From Candidatus Latescibacterota bacterium (GTDB taxonomy: Bacteria; Latescibacterota; UBA2968; UBA8231): a DNA stretch of 64,000 bases. Made by a program: the position numbers and the translations under genes. Shown piece after piece: positions 1-9,616 of this stretch (its first letter is position 1; the number at the start of each line of letters is the position of its first letter). The notes below the pieces were generated by a model. The model was not told the origin of the DNA, made no database searches, and saw nothing but the letters and a program-made list of their open reading frames with translations. The stretch lies in assembly GCA_965204725.1 (NCBI GenBank), contig OZ242005.1, positions 4,512,001 to 4,576,000 of the forward strand, in the 5' to 3' direction.

Positions 1-1
1 A

Positions 2-493
2 CACGAAAAATTCTCGGGCAAACAACTCAAGTACTTCGACGAGCAGCAGCGTACTAGGTTTGTGCCCTACGTGGTAGAGACCTCAATAGGAGCCAGCCGC
101 ACGCTAATGGCCTGCCTAGTCGAAGCATACTACGAGGAAGAGGTCCGCGGCGAGACCCGGGTGGTGATGCGCTTTCACCCGCGCATCGCGCCGATCAAAG
201 CGGCGGTATTGCCCTTGGTCAAGCGCGACGGCATGCCCGCCATTGCCCGGCAAGTTGCTGCGGATCTCCGGCCGTACATGCGGGTTTTTTACGACGAGGG
301 CGGCGCGATCGGCCGCCGCTACCGGCGCATGGACGAGGTGGGGACGCCGTTTTGCCTAACGGTCGATTCGGATACCCTAAAGGACCAGACCGTCACCGTG
401 CGCGTCCGCGACACCATGGCCCAAGAGCGAGTGCCCATAGCTGAGTTGCGCCCCCACCTTGAGAGCGGCATGGACGCTTGGCAAATCCCTTGA
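2..493 (+). CDS. glyQS: glycine--tRNA ligase (alpha2 type), C-terminal part, 5'-truncated by window edge
   Basis: Frame open from nt 2 (HEKFSGKQLKYFD...PYVVETSIGASR); anticodon-binding domain motifs IGRRYRRMDEVGTPFCLTVD and TVTVRVRDTMAQ. Confidence 0.93.
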   Translation, partial: HEKFSGKQLKYFDEQQRTRFVPYVVETSIGASRTLMACLVEAYYEEEVRGETRVVMRFHPRIAPIKAAVLPLVKRDGMPAIARQVAADLRPYMRVFYDEGGAIGRRYRRMDEVGTPFCLTVDSDTLKDQTVTVRVRDTMAQERVPIAELRPHLESGMDAWQIP

Positions 494-519
494 CCCAATA
501 GTATAAATCCTGATATTAT
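490..519 (+). promoter_or_regulatory. putative sigma70 promoter for tRNA-Leu/tig operon
   Basis: TTGACC (490-495), 18 nt, TATTAT (514-519) in an AT-rich patch upstream of the tRNA. Confidence 0.5.
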
Positions 520-574
520 CTTCGCGCTTGGGACTTGGGATTTACCCTCGCGTTGCGATGCTGTATCCGGTATA

Positions 575-661
575 GCGAAAGTGGCGAAATTGGTAGACGC
601 GCTAGACTTAGGATCTAGTGCCCGAAAGGGCTTGGGGGTTCGAGTCCCCCCTTTCGCACCA
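575..661 (+). tRNA. tRNA-Leu (anticodon TAG)
   Basis: Acceptor stem GCGAAAG/CTTTCGC, D-loop TGGTAGAC, anticodon arm CTAGA-CTTAGGA-TCTAG, long variable arm, GGTTCGAGTCC T-arm, encoded CCA. Confidence 0.97.
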
Positions 662-724
662 TAAATAAACGAGCGCACGACCGGCGATTAGGCGGTGCGC
701 CCTAGCCTTGTAGGATTGCATTTC

Positions 725-1966
725 GTGAAGACTCAGGTAACAGAGAAAGGCCAGTGGGCACGCGAGCTAGCCGTTGAAGTCGAGGCTGCACGCATTGACG
801 AAGCCTTCAATAAGGCCCTGCGCCAATACCAAAAGCGGCTGGAGATTCCGGGCTTTCGCAAGGGCAAAGTGCCGCTCAGAATCGTCAAGGCACGCTTTGG
901 CCCTTCCATTCGCGGCGAGGTTCTCGGCGATCTCCTCCCCTCCTTGCTAGAAGAAGCCACGCAGGCGGCCGGCCTCCGCCCAGCCGCACCCCCCAGAATC
1001 TCCCAGCTCGACCCCGAGGCACAAGGGGGCCTGACGTTTACGGCAGACCTTGACATCTGGCCCGAGATCAAAGCCGAGCACTACGAAAACCTCGCCGCCA
1101 CCCGCATGATTCACGAGGTGACCGACGAGGAAGTCGGCGCGCATCTAGAAGAGCTGCGTCGCCGCCACGCCACCGAACGAGTCGTCGAGCGGCCATCGGC
1201 CCAAGGCGATGTGCTCGTCGCGGATTTGCAGCGGCTCGACGACAGCGGCCTGCCCGTCATTGGCGATAAGTACGAGAAGCGCCACCTCCTCATCGACGAG
1301 AACGAGCTCGGCCCCGAGTTTGCAACGGCCCTCGTCGGCATGGGTGCTGGCGAAGAGCGCAAGGTTCGCTTCACCGACCGCGAGGACCCGGCCGACGACC
1401 AGCGCGCTAGCCGGCCCATGCACTTCGCGGTGGCAGCCCACGAGGTGCGCGAACGCACCCTGCCCGAGCTCGACGACGAGTTCGCCAAAGACCTCGGCGA
1501 GCAGTTCCAGACCCTCAGCGACTTGCGCCAGTTCGTCGGCGAGCAAATCCGCGATCATTGGGCATACATGGCCCAACAGCGCCTGCACAGCGAGTTGATC
1601 AGCCAGCTCATCGAAAAAAACGACTTTGAACTGCCCGAGAGCATGGTCGATAACTACCTCTTCTCGCTCGAGCGGGAGCATGCCGATCACGACCACGACG
1701 ACCACGACCACGACCATAGCTACAGCGACGAAGAGCGCACTCAAGCCACGCGCCAGCTCAAGCGCTACATACTGCTCGAAAGCGTGCGCCAACAAGCCGG
1801 GATCGAAGCAACGGACGAGGAAGTTGCCCAATTCACCGCCATCGCCCACGCCCACGGCCAAGCGGCCGATTTACCAGACGAGGATGGAGTGCGGCGCGAA
1901 TTAGAAGACCAAAAGGTCTTTGACTTGCTCGTCGCCAAAGCCGAAATCAAAGAGGAAAAGGTATAA
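725..1966 (+). CDS. tig: trigger factor
   Basis: Ribosome-binding motif IPGFRKGKVP; synteny with clpP-clpX; GTG start at 725 chosen (ORF open from 695). Confidence 0.93.
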   Translation: MKTQVTEKGQWARELAVEVEAARIDEAFNKALRQYQKRLEIPGFRKGKVPLRIVKARFGPSIRGEVLGDLLPSLLEEATQAAGLRPAAPPRISQLDPEAQGGLTFTADLDIWPEIKAEHYENLAATRMIHEVTDEEVGAHLEELRRRHATERVVERPSAQGDVLVADLQRLDDSGLPVIGDKYEKRHLLIDENELGPEFATALVGMGAGEERKVRFTDREDPADDQRASRPMHFAVAAHEVRERTLPELDDEFAKDLGEQFQTLSDLRQFVGEQIRDHWAYMAQQRLHSELISQLIEKNDFELPESMVDNYLFSLEREHADHDHDDHDHDHSYSDEERTQATRQLKRYILLESVRQQAGIEATDEEVAQFTAIAHAHGQAADLPDEDGVRRELEDQKVFDLLVAKAEIKEEKV

Positions 1967-1969
1967 TTC

Positions 1970-2578
1970 ATGTCGCTGATTCCAATGGTCATCGAACAGA
2001 CGGGCCGGGGCGAGCGCTCATACGACATCTACTCGCGGCTGCTCAAGGACCGCATAATTTTCGTGGGCACTCCGATCAACGACGCGATTGCCAACCTCGT
2101 TATTGCCCAGATGCTCTTCCTCGCTTCTGAGGATCCCCAAAAGGACATCGCGCTTTATCTCAACACCCCCGGCGGGCTGATCTCGGCGGGCATGGCCATC
2201 TACGACACCATGCAATACGTAGCCTCCGACATATCCACTATTTGCATCGGCCAAGCGTCCAGCATGGGCGCCGTGCTGCTGGCCGGCGGCGCCAAGGGCA
2301 AGCGCCAAGCCCTGCCCAACGCCCGCGTCTTGCTGCACCAGCCCATGGGCGGGATCGGCGGCCAAGCGGCCGACATGGAGATCCACGCCCGCGAGATCAT
2401 CGCCATGCGCCAGCAGATCAACGAGGTCCTAGTTGAATGTACCGGGCAGCCGCTAGCGCAAATTGAGCAGGACACCGAGCGCGACTTCTTTATGTCGGCC
2501 GCAGCAGCCGTCGAATACGGCATCATCGACGAAATCGTCGCTCCATCGCGCGTCGAGGTAGCCCCTTCCTCAGTATAG
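1970..2578 (+). CDS. clpP: ATP-dependent Clp protease proteolytic subunit
   Basis: [13 protein letters not shown], catalytic ASSMG and [11 protein letters not shown]. Confidence 0.97.
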   Translation: MSLIPMVIEQTGRGERSYDIYSRLLKDRIIFVGTPINDAIANLVIAQMLFLASEDPQKDIALYLNTPGGLISAGMAIYDTMQYVASDISTICIGQASSMGAVLLAGGAKGKRQALPNARVLLHQPMGGIGGQAADMEIHAREIIAMRQQINEVLVECTGQPLAQIEQDTERDFFMSAAAAVEYGIIDEIVAPSRVEVAPSSV

Positions 2579-2587
2579 GAGCCTGTT

Positions 2588-3838
2588 TTGCGTCGCCGCC
2601 CTCCCAAAAGCGATCCGCGCTGCTCGTTCTGTGCGCGCAGTAGCAACCAAGTTGACAAGATCATAACCGGCCCGCAGGTCTATATCTGCAACGAGTGCGT
2701 CAAGCTATGCAACGACATCATGGTCGAAGAGCGGCAAAAGACCCTCCCTTGGGAGACCGCAGAGATGCCCAAGCCGACCCAAATCAAGGATTTCCTCGAC
2801 GAGTACGTCATAGCCCAAGAGCGGGCCAAGAAAATTCTCGCGGTCGCCGTGTACAACCACTACAAGCGCATCCGCACCAAAGTTGACTTAGACGAGGTAG
2901 AACTCGAAAAAAGCAACGTAATGCTCATCGGCCCCACCGGCACCGGCAAGACCGAACTGGCCAAAACCTTGGCAAAATTTTTGCAAGTCCCCTTCTCCAT
3001 TGCCGACGCGACCATTCTCACCGAGGCCGGCTACGTGGGCGAGGACGTGGAGAACATCCTCGTGAGCCTTTTGCAAGCGGCCGATTACGACGTGCCCCGC
3101 GCCGAAAAAGGCATCCTCTATCTCGACGAGGTTGACAAGATCTCCCGCAAGGGCGCGACGCCTTCGGTTGGCCGCGACGTGTCGGGCGAGGGCGTCCAGC
3201 AAGCCCTGCTCAAAATTTTGGAAGGCACCACCGCCAACATCCCACCCAAGGGGGGCCGCAAGCACCCTGAGCAGCCGATGATCCAGATGGATACCCGCAA
3301 CATCCTCTTCGTCTGCGGCGGGGCTTTCGAGGGGCTAGACAAGGTCATTAGCCAACGGGTCGGCAAGCGCACCATGGGCTTTGGGGCCGACGGCGACGAC
3401 GAGCCCAACTCCGACACCCCAGACATATTATCGCTGGTGCAGCCCGAAGACCTGCTCGCCTACGGCATGATCCCCGAATTTGTCGGCCGCGTCCCGGTAA
3501 TCACCACTATGGACTCTCTCGATGCAGACGACTTGCTCCGCATCCTCACCGAGCCGCACGACGCCATCATCAAGCAATCGCAGCGGCTCTTTGCCATGGA
3601 CGGCGTCGAGGTCGAGTTCACAGAGGAATCCCTGCGCAAGATAGTGGCCCTGACCGTTCACAAGGGCACCGGGGCCCGCGGCCTGCGCTCCGTCTTAGAG
3701 CAGGCCATGATGGACATCATGTTCGACGTCCCCTCTCAGAAGGGCGTAACGCGCCTGCAAGTTACGGGCGAAATGATCGAGAGCGGGATCGAGCAGTACA
3801 GCAGCGAAGACGAAGCAATGCAGCGCAAACGCGCCTGA
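2588..3838 (+). CDS. clpX: ATP-dependent Clp protease ATP-binding subunit
   Basis: C4 zinc finger CSFC...ICNEC, Walker [37 protein letters not shown]. Confidence 0.97.
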   Translation: MRRRPPKSDPRCSFCARSSNQVDKIITGPQVYICNECVKLCNDIMVEERQKTLPWETAEMPKPTQIKDFLDEYVIAQERAKKILAVAVYNHYKRIRTKVDLDEVELEKSNVMLIGPTGTGKTELAKTLAKFLQVPFSIADATILTEAGYVGEDVENILVSLLQAADYDVPRAEKGILYLDEVDKISRKGATPSVGRDVSGEGVQQALLKILEGTTANIPPKGGRKHPEQPMIQMDTRNILFVCGGAFEGLDKVISQRVGKRTMGFGADGDDEPNSDTPDILSLVQPEDLLAYGMIPEFVGRVPVITTMDSLDADDLLRILTEPHDAIIKQSQRLFAMDGVEVEFTEESLRKIVALTVHKGTGARGLRSVLEQAMMDIMFDVPSQKGVTRLQVTGEMIESGIEQYSSEDEAMQRKRA

Positions 3839-3884
3839 TCTCCCAGCTTCTGGCGATGCGCTTTTCCTCGGTCGAATTCAAAAT
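3824..3884 (+). repeat. 61-bp direct repeat, left copy (clpX 3' end, spacer, first codons of engB)
   Basis: Identical to 6108-6168 (CGCAAACGCGCCTGATC...GAATTCAAAAT). Confidence 0.95.
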
Positions 3885-4044
3885 TGGCACTGGGGCGCAC
3901 GTGATCTCGGATGGGAACGAAGAAACGGCGCGGGTGGGGCGAGCGCATACGCGGCGGGCGATGCCAACGTAAGTAGCGTAAGAGCGTTATCGAAAATTGT
4001 ACAAAAGACGCGACTCTTTTCATCCTAACCATTGGAGAAGACTG

Positions 4045-5049
4045 ATGATTTTCGCACTAAGGGGGCCTAACTTCCAAAAAGATCCAGAAGGATACCGTAA
4101 TTGGACATCTCTTATCTCCACGTCTCTGCAAGAAGGTCTGGGGCGTTTTGGTTGGAGCTATGTCGAAACCGCCGACTTACACCAGTTAGAGAGGAGGATA
4201 CAGGAGAAAGGCTGGGATGACCTAAGCGATTGCGAACAGGATTGTTATCAAGAATTCCTACTCAACCTTAGCCAAGACGATTATGTGGTTTACATCAACT
4301 TGCCAGAGCCGGGTAAATGTACTCTCGCTCGCGTCACCACCCCTTATTTTTGGGAGTGGGATGGCGAAGGCAGTGATTTCAACCATCGTTTTTACGTTGA
4401 TCCCGACTCAGTTTTTGATTTTGATAGCAACGATGCAATCGTTCAGCGTTCCTTATCTGTGAGGCTGAAACTCCCACCGAAGTATTGGCGCATCTACCTG
4501 TATGAGGAGTTTGAACGTCTTGTAGAGGCACTAAAAGAGGGGAAAGGGGGTACGCCTAGTACAAAAGAGACAAGACTTGATTCTCTCAGAGAGACAATCA
4601 AGCCATCCCTCGCAGAGATTACAAAGCAAGTTCAATACAATTATCCAAGAAAAGATCTTGAAGAATTGATTGCCGAAGTCTTCAGGAACGTCCCTAGTGT
4701 CAAAGAAGTAAGGGAACAAGGTGGTTCTGGAGAACGTGGTGCAGACCTGATCGTGACCTATGAATCGGGGATGCCCATTCTGGAACTTCAAGGACAACAT
4801 ACCTGCGTTGTCCAAGTGAAATCGTACAAAAACGAGCAGTGGGACACCCACGCCGTAAAACAAATTCGAGAGGCACTCGAGCATTGGGACGCAGATGCAG
4901 GATTGATTGTATCTACTGCGTCCTCCAGAACCACAGCACTTGACGATGCCCTTGATCAACTCCGGGAAGAAACGGGAAAACCGGTTGGCTTGCTTATCGG
5001 CGAAGACCTCGCCGCGTTCGTGCTGCGTTTCGGCAAGGTCACCTACTGA
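4045..5049 (+). CDS. restriction endonuclease, C-terminal Mrr_cat-like PD-(D/E)xK domain with uncharacterised N-terminal domain
   Basis: LEELIAEVF...GERGADLIV...VVQVKS...AVKQI...GLIVST...LLIGEDL; GGAG RBS before ATG 4045. Confidence 0.8.
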   Translation: MIFALRGPNFQKDPEGYRNWTSLISTSLQEGLGRFGWSYVETADLHQLERRIQEKGWDDLSDCEQDCYQEFLLNLSQDDYVVYINLPEPGKCTLARVTTPYFWEWDGEGSDFNHRFYVDPDSVFDFDSNDAIVQRSLSVRLKLPPKYWRIYLYEEFERLVEALKEGKGGTPSTKETRLDSLRETIKPSLAEITKQVQYNYPRKDLEELIAEVFRNVPSVKEVREQGGSGERGADLIVTYESGMPILELQGQHTCVVQVKSYKNEQWDTHAVKQIREALEHWDADAGLIVSTASSRTTALDDALDQLREETGKPVGLLIGEDLAAFVLRFGKVTY

Positions 5050-5103
5050 TATAGCCCCCTGCTGAGACACGTTCCAACGATATGCGAATATATAAATAAT
5101 GTC

Positions 5104-5423
5104 ATGACGGGCGACGACGAGAAGCTCCGCAGCGCGGCGTGGTTTGGCGACCAGTTGGCACCAAGGGTTTGTCTCCCGCGGCTGGGCCAAAAACCAAGGC
5201 CATCCCGAGCAAATGTTCGACGGCCGGCCCGTGATCGGGATCTGCAATACGTGGTCGGATTTGAACCCTTGCAATGCCCATCTGCGGATTTGGCCGAGCA
5301 GGTCAAGCGCGGGGTGTACGAGACCGGGGGCTTTCCGCTCAAATTTCCGGTCAACTACTAGAGGCCGAGGCCGGGATTTCGCGCTCAGACGGGCACTGCA
5401 TGACCATGGGCACGGCCTCGACA
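5104..5423 (+). pseudogene. IlvD/Edd-family (arabinonate/xylonate-type) dehydratase fragment
   Basis: Motifs split across frames: KLRSAAWFG / GFVSRGWAKNQG...DGRPVIGICNTWSDLNPCNAHLR / AEQVKRGVYETGGFP / RSDGHCMTMGTAST; frameshifts plus large deletions. Confidence 0.85.
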
Positions 5424-5445
5424 AAACAAAAAGGTGATTCGCCTT

Positions 5446-5958
5446 ATGACTGTATTACGTTTTTTCACCCTACTGGCATTAGCGGCCCCGGGCTGGAGCC
5501 AGAACGTCGGCACGAAGTGGGATGTGCTTGAAGCCAGCGGCGTCGCCATTGCACGGTCGCCTATCACCATGACCTACAAGTTGGACGAAGAAGCCAAGGC
5601 GGTTAAAGGGCCTACGGGAGCAAGCATCTATGTGATCGGCCCGACGCCCAAGTACAATTATTGCTCCGTCGCCCTCCTCGTATCTGACGACGGTGAGTCG
5701 GCGCACGTGAGCAAAAGCCGACCGGTTAGTGCCGAATGGTGGGGTGCGACGGTGACGGCACAAAAAACCAGCCAGCATAGGCTTTTGCTTACTTCACAAA
5801 AGCCCATGATCAAAGACCCGGCGCAGTTTATCAAGAGGCTGAAAGCATACCGGGAAGTCGTTCTCACTTTCTACCTTGACAGCACCAAACAAACCCACGT
5901 TAGGGTTTCGCTGAAAGGCTCAACCAAAGCCATCAACCGCGCTTGCCAAACGCCTTGA
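5446..5958 (+). CDS. hypothetical secreted protein
   Basis: Signal-peptide-like N-terminus (LRFFTLLALAAPGWS); C-terminal SLKGSTKAINRAC; no recognised family. Confidence 0.6.
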   Translation: MTVLRFFTLLALAAPGWSQNVGTKWDVLEASGVAIARSPITMTYKLDEEAKAVKGPTGASIYVIGPTPKYNYCSVALLVSDDGESAHVSKSRPVSAEWWGATVTAQKTSQHRLLLTSQKPMIKDPAQFIKRLKAYREVVLTFYLDSTKQTHVRVSLKGSTKAINRACQTP

Positions 5959-6107
5959 GTCGGAACGCTATATGGTCGGCTGCTGCTATCAAAACTCGTG
6001 CGCCCGACCTTAATCTCATAGAACACGAGTTCGTAGGGTCGTGCCTCTCATGCTACGACGACCGCTACTATTTGACGGCTGGATCCGAGCCGCCCGTCTT
6101 CGACTGC

Positions 6108-6168
6108 CGCAAACGCGCCTGATCTCCCAGCTTCTGGCGATGCGCTTTTCCTCGGTCGAATTCAAAAT
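6108..6168 (+). repeat. 61-bp direct repeat, right copy
   Basis: Identical to 3824-3884; contains the functional engB ATG (6140). Confidence 0.95.
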
Positions 6169-6733
6169 AGGTGCCGTCCGCACGGCCGATCTGCCCAAGG
6201 ATGGCTTGCCCGAAATCGCCTTAGTAGGCCGCTCCAATGTCGGCAAGTCCTCGCTGATCAACCGGCTGGTGCAGCGCAAGAAGTTGGCGCGCACCAGCAC
6301 CGTACCCGGCAAGACCCAGCAGTTAAATTACTACCTAGCCAACGGGCAGTTCTACTTGGTTGACTTGCCCGGCTACGGGTACGTGCGCGGCGGCGTGGGC
6401 TTGCGCTTGCAGCTCGGCCAGCTCATCCGCAGCTACATGGCCGATCGCGCGGCATTGTGTGCCGTGTTGCAGCTCGTCGATGCGCGGCACGGCCCCACCG
6501 ATTTGGACCGGCAGATGATTGACCATTTACGCACCCTCGACAAGCCCTTCCTGCTGGTCTTTACCAAGGCCGACAAACTGTCGCGCAGCAAGTTGCAGCA
6601 TCTGTTCGACCAACTCGATGCCCAAGGATCGCTCGCCGGCCTCTCTTTTGTACCCTTCTCGGCGGTCAGTGGCCGCGGGCAGAACGACATTGCGGGGTGG
6701 ATCGCCGAAGCACTGGGCGGCAACGCAACCTAA
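6140..6733 (+). CDS. engB: ribosome biogenesis GTP-binding protein YihA/YsxC
   Basis: GRSNVGKSSLIN, PGKT, DLPGYG, TKADK motifs; usual clpX neighbour. Confidence 0.95.
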   Translation: MRFSSVEFKIGAVRTADLPKDGLPEIALVGRSNVGKSSLINRLVQRKKLARTSTVPGKTQQLNYYLANGQFYLVDLPGYGYVRGGVGLRLQLGQLIRSYMADRAALCAVLQLVDARHGPTDLDRQMIDHLRTLDKPFLLVFTKADKLSRSKLQHLFDQLDAQGSLAGLSFVPFSAVSGRGQNDIAGWIAEALGGNAT

Positions 6734-6741
6734 AGAGGACC

Positions 6742-8322
6742 ATGAAAGTACTGATCAGCGACAAGATGGACCCGCGCTGCGTCGAGATTCTCCAAGCCAA
6801 TGCCGGGGTCACAGTGGACGTGTGTAGTGGGTTATCGCCGAGCGCACTCATAGACTGCATCGGCCACTACGAGGGCCTCGTCGTGCGCAGCGCGACCAAA
6901 GTGACGGCCGAGGTGCTCGCCGCCGCGTCGCGCCTGCGGGTCATTGGCCGCGCCGGCACCGGCTTCGACAACATCGACGTACAGGCGGCAACGCGCCACG
7001 GCGTCATCGTCATGAATACCCCAGGCGGCAATTCTCTATCGACCGCCGAGCACACTTTCGCGCTCATAGCCTCCTTGGCGCGGCATGTCCCACAAGCGAC
7101 GGCCTCGCTTAAAAAGGGGTTGTGGGAACGGAGCCAATTCGTCGGCGTCGAGCTCGCGGGCAAGACCCTCGCCGTGATCGGCTTGGGCCAAGTGGGGCGC
7201 GAAGTGGCGGCCCGCGCGGCGGCCTTTCAGATGCAGGTCCTCGGCTACGATCCCTATATCGGCCAAGAGGTCGCCCTTTCCTGCGGCGCACAACTCGCGT
7301 CCCTTGACGACATCTACGCCACCGCGGATTTCATCACCGTCCACACCCATCTCAACGACCAAACCCGGCACCTGATTTCCGACGCCGAGATCGCCCAGTG
7401 CAAAGCCGGAGTCTATCTAATCAACTGCGCCCGCGGCGGCATCCTCGACGAGCACGCCCTCCTGCGCGGCTTGCACTCGGGCCAGGTCGCCGGCGCCGCC
7501 TTAGATGTCTTTGAGGAGGAGCCGCCGACGCTCGTGGACCTCTTGGTTGACGAGCGCGTGATCTGCACACCGCATTTGGCGGCCTCCACCAAAGAAGCCC
7601 AAGCCAATGTCGCCTTGCAGGTCGCCGAGCAGGTCGGCGACGTGCTAATGGGCCGCGTCATTCGCAACGCGGTCAACGCCCCTTCGGTCGATCCTGAAAC
7701 CCACGGCAAACTACAGCCGTACCTCGTGCTGGCCGAGCGGCTAGGTCGCCTGCAAGCCCAACTCGGCGTGGGCCAGCTAGAGCGCATCACCATCGAATAC
7801 CAAGGGGCCGTCACCGCCTACCCGACCTCGCCGCTGACCTCGGCCGTCCTCAAGGGCATTATGGAGACCGTGTCGGAAGCGTCCGTCAATGTGGTCAACG
7901 CGCTGCTTTTCGCGCAGGAGCGCGGCGTGCAAGTCGATGAGCGGCTCAATAGCGAGCACGAGGATTACGCCAGTCTCATCACGGTGGTATATCACACCAA
8001 CCTAGGGCAGCGCCTGCTCGCCGGCACGCTCTTTGGCAAGAGCGACCCGCGCCTCGTGCGCCTCGACGAGTACAGCTTCGACGCCGCCCCAGAGGGACAC
8101 ATGCTCTTTTACGTCAACGACGACGTGCCGGGGATCATCGGCCAAATCGGCACGGTCATGGGGACTCACAAGGTCAACATCGCCCAAATGTCGTGCGGGC
8201 GTCGCCAAATGGGTGGCCAAGCACTGACCATCCTCAACGTCGATGACCCCATCACCGCCGACGTAGTTGACGATATTCTCTCCCGGGAGTACATCTCCTG
8301 GGCCAAACAAGTCAGTCTTTAA
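6742..8322 (+). CDS. serA: D-3-phosphoglycerate dehydrogenase
   Basis: VRSATKVT, GRAGTGFDNID, INCARGG, DVFEEEP, TPHLAAST, C-terminal ASB and ACT domains; GAGGA RBS. Confidence 0.95.
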   Translation: MKVLISDKMDPRCVEILQANAGVTVDVCSGLSPSALIDCIGHYEGLVVRSATKVTAEVLAAASRLRVIGRAGTGFDNIDVQAATRHGVIVMNTPGGNSLSTAEHTFALIASLARHVPQATASLKKGLWERSQFVGVELAGKTLAVIGLGQVGREVAARAAAFQMQVLGYDPYIGQEVALSCGAQLASLDDIYATADFITVHTHLNDQTRHLISDAEIAQCKAGVYLINCARGGILDEHALLRGLHSGQVAGAALDVFEEEPPTLVDLLVDERVICTPHLAASTKEAQANVALQVAEQVGDVLMGRVIRNAVNAPSVDPETHGKLQPYLVLAERLGRLQAQLGVGQLERITIEYQGAVTAYPTSPLTSAVLKGIMETVSEASVNVVNALLFAQERGVQVDERLNSEHEDYASLITVVYHTNLGQRLLAGTLFGKSDPRLVRLDEYSFDAAPEGHMLFYVNDDVPGIIGQIGTVMGTHKVNIAQMSCGRRQMGGQALTILNVDDPITADVVDDILSREYISWAKQVSL

Positions 8323-8337
8323 GCACGGGAGTACGCA

Positions 8338-9615
8338 ATGCCCGCGAAAATAGTATTAGGAACGCAGTGGGGCGACGAAGGCAAGGCCAAGGTCGTTGAT
8401 TACCTCACGCCCGCAGCCGATGTGGTGGTGCGCTATCAGGGGGGGGCTAACGCCGGCCACACGGTCATCGCCGCCGATACGGAATTCATCTTCCACACCA
8501 TTCCCTCGGGCATCATGCACGAGGATAAAATCTGCGTGGTGGGCAACGGAGTGGTCGTCGACCCAGCTACTATGCTCCATGAGATCGCCGGGCTGGAGGC
8601 CAAGGGTTTTTCAGTGGCCGGCCGCTTCTTCGTCAGCCAAGTGGCCCACGTCGTACTGCCCTACCACAAGGTCTTGGAAAAGGCCGGAGAAGAGAGCGAA
8701 AACGGCGTCGCCATCGGCACGACTCTCCGCGGCATCGGCCCGGCTTATCGCGACAAGGTTGAGCGCAGCCACGGGGTGCGCGTCATGGATTTGTGCGACC
8801 CGGCGCGGTTGCGCGACAAACTCCGGGCCAGCATCTGCGCCAAAAACGAAATCCTGACCAAGGTATTCGGCCAAGAGCCGCTCGAAGCCGCCCCCATCAT
8901 CGACGCGTACATCGGCTATGGCGAGCAGATCGCCCCTTATGTCGTCGATACCTCGGTCCTGCTCAACCGGGCCCTTGACCAAGGCCAAACGGTCCTTTGC
9001 GAAGGAGCGCAAGGAACCTTGCTCGACATCGACCACGGGACCTATCCCTACGTAACCTCCTCAAACACCACGGCGGGTGGGGCCTGCACCGGTGCTGGCA
9101 TCGGCCCGACGCGGGTCACCGAGGTCGTCGGCGTGGCCAAAGCGTACACCACGCGGGTCGGCAACGGGCCTTTTCCCACGGAGTTACTCGGGGAAGAAGG
9201 CGAGCGGTTGCGCCGCTTGGGCCGCGAGTTCGGTGCCACTACGGGCCGGCCGCGGCGCTGCGGCTGGTTCGACGCCGCCATTTTGCGGGTCTCGGCCCGC
9301 ATCAACGGCCTGACCAGCATCGCCCTGACCCGACTCGACGTCCTCGACCAATGCGACCGTCTCAAGCTGGGCATTGGCTACCGCTGCGGCGACCAAGTGT
9401 TGGAGGAATTTCCCGCCGACCCGCAGGTCCTCGACCAATGCGAACCGATTTACGAAGAAATGCCGGGCTGGCGCACTCCGACTACTGCTGCCCGCTGTTT
9501 TGACGACCTGCCCCGGCCGGCGCAGGCTTATGTAAAGCGGATCGCCGAACTGAGCCGAGCGTCGGTCTCCCTGATTTCCGTCGGGCCGGAGCGCGAAGCC
9601 ACCATCGACATTTAA
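8338..9615 (+). CDS. purA: adenylosuccinate synthetase
   Basis: QWGDEGKAK, GGANAGHT, EGAQG, GATTGRPRRCGWFD. Confidence 0.97.
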   Translation: MPAKIVLGTQWGDEGKAKVVDYLTPAADVVVRYQGGANAGHTVIAADTEFIFHTIPSGIMHEDKICVVGNGVVVDPATMLHEIAGLEAKGFSVAGRFFVSQVAHVVLPYHKVLEKAGEESENGVAIGTTLRGIGPAYRDKVERSHGVRVMDLCDPARLRDKLRASICAKNEILTKVFGQEPLEAAPIIDAYIGYGEQIAPYVVDTSVLLNRALDQGQTVLCEGAQGTLLDIDHGTYPYVTSSNTTAGGACTGAGIGPTRVTEVVGVAKAYTTRVGNGPFPTELLGEEGERLRRLGREFGATTGRPRRCGWFDAAILRVSARINGLTSIALTRLDVLDQCDRLKLGIGYRCGDQVLEEFPADPQVLDQCEPIYEEMPGWRTPTTAARCFDDLPRPAQAYVKRIAELSRASVSLISVGPEREATIDI

Positions 9616-9616
9616 T

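Larger units (their letters stand above)
3824..6168. mobile_element. integrase-less genomic islet between clpX and engB
   Basis: Bounded by the 61-bp direct repeat, visibly AT-richer, carries a restriction nuclease, a pseudogene and an orphan gene; no mobility gene inside. Confidence 0.7.

Noticed and set aside
575-661. tRNA-Leu as an island attachment site
   Set aside because: No duplicate of its 3' end seen in the window, and tig follows directly.
6041-6139. 33-aa N-terminal extension of EngB
   Set aside because: It derives from islet sequence; the duplicated junction shows the native start is ATG 6140.
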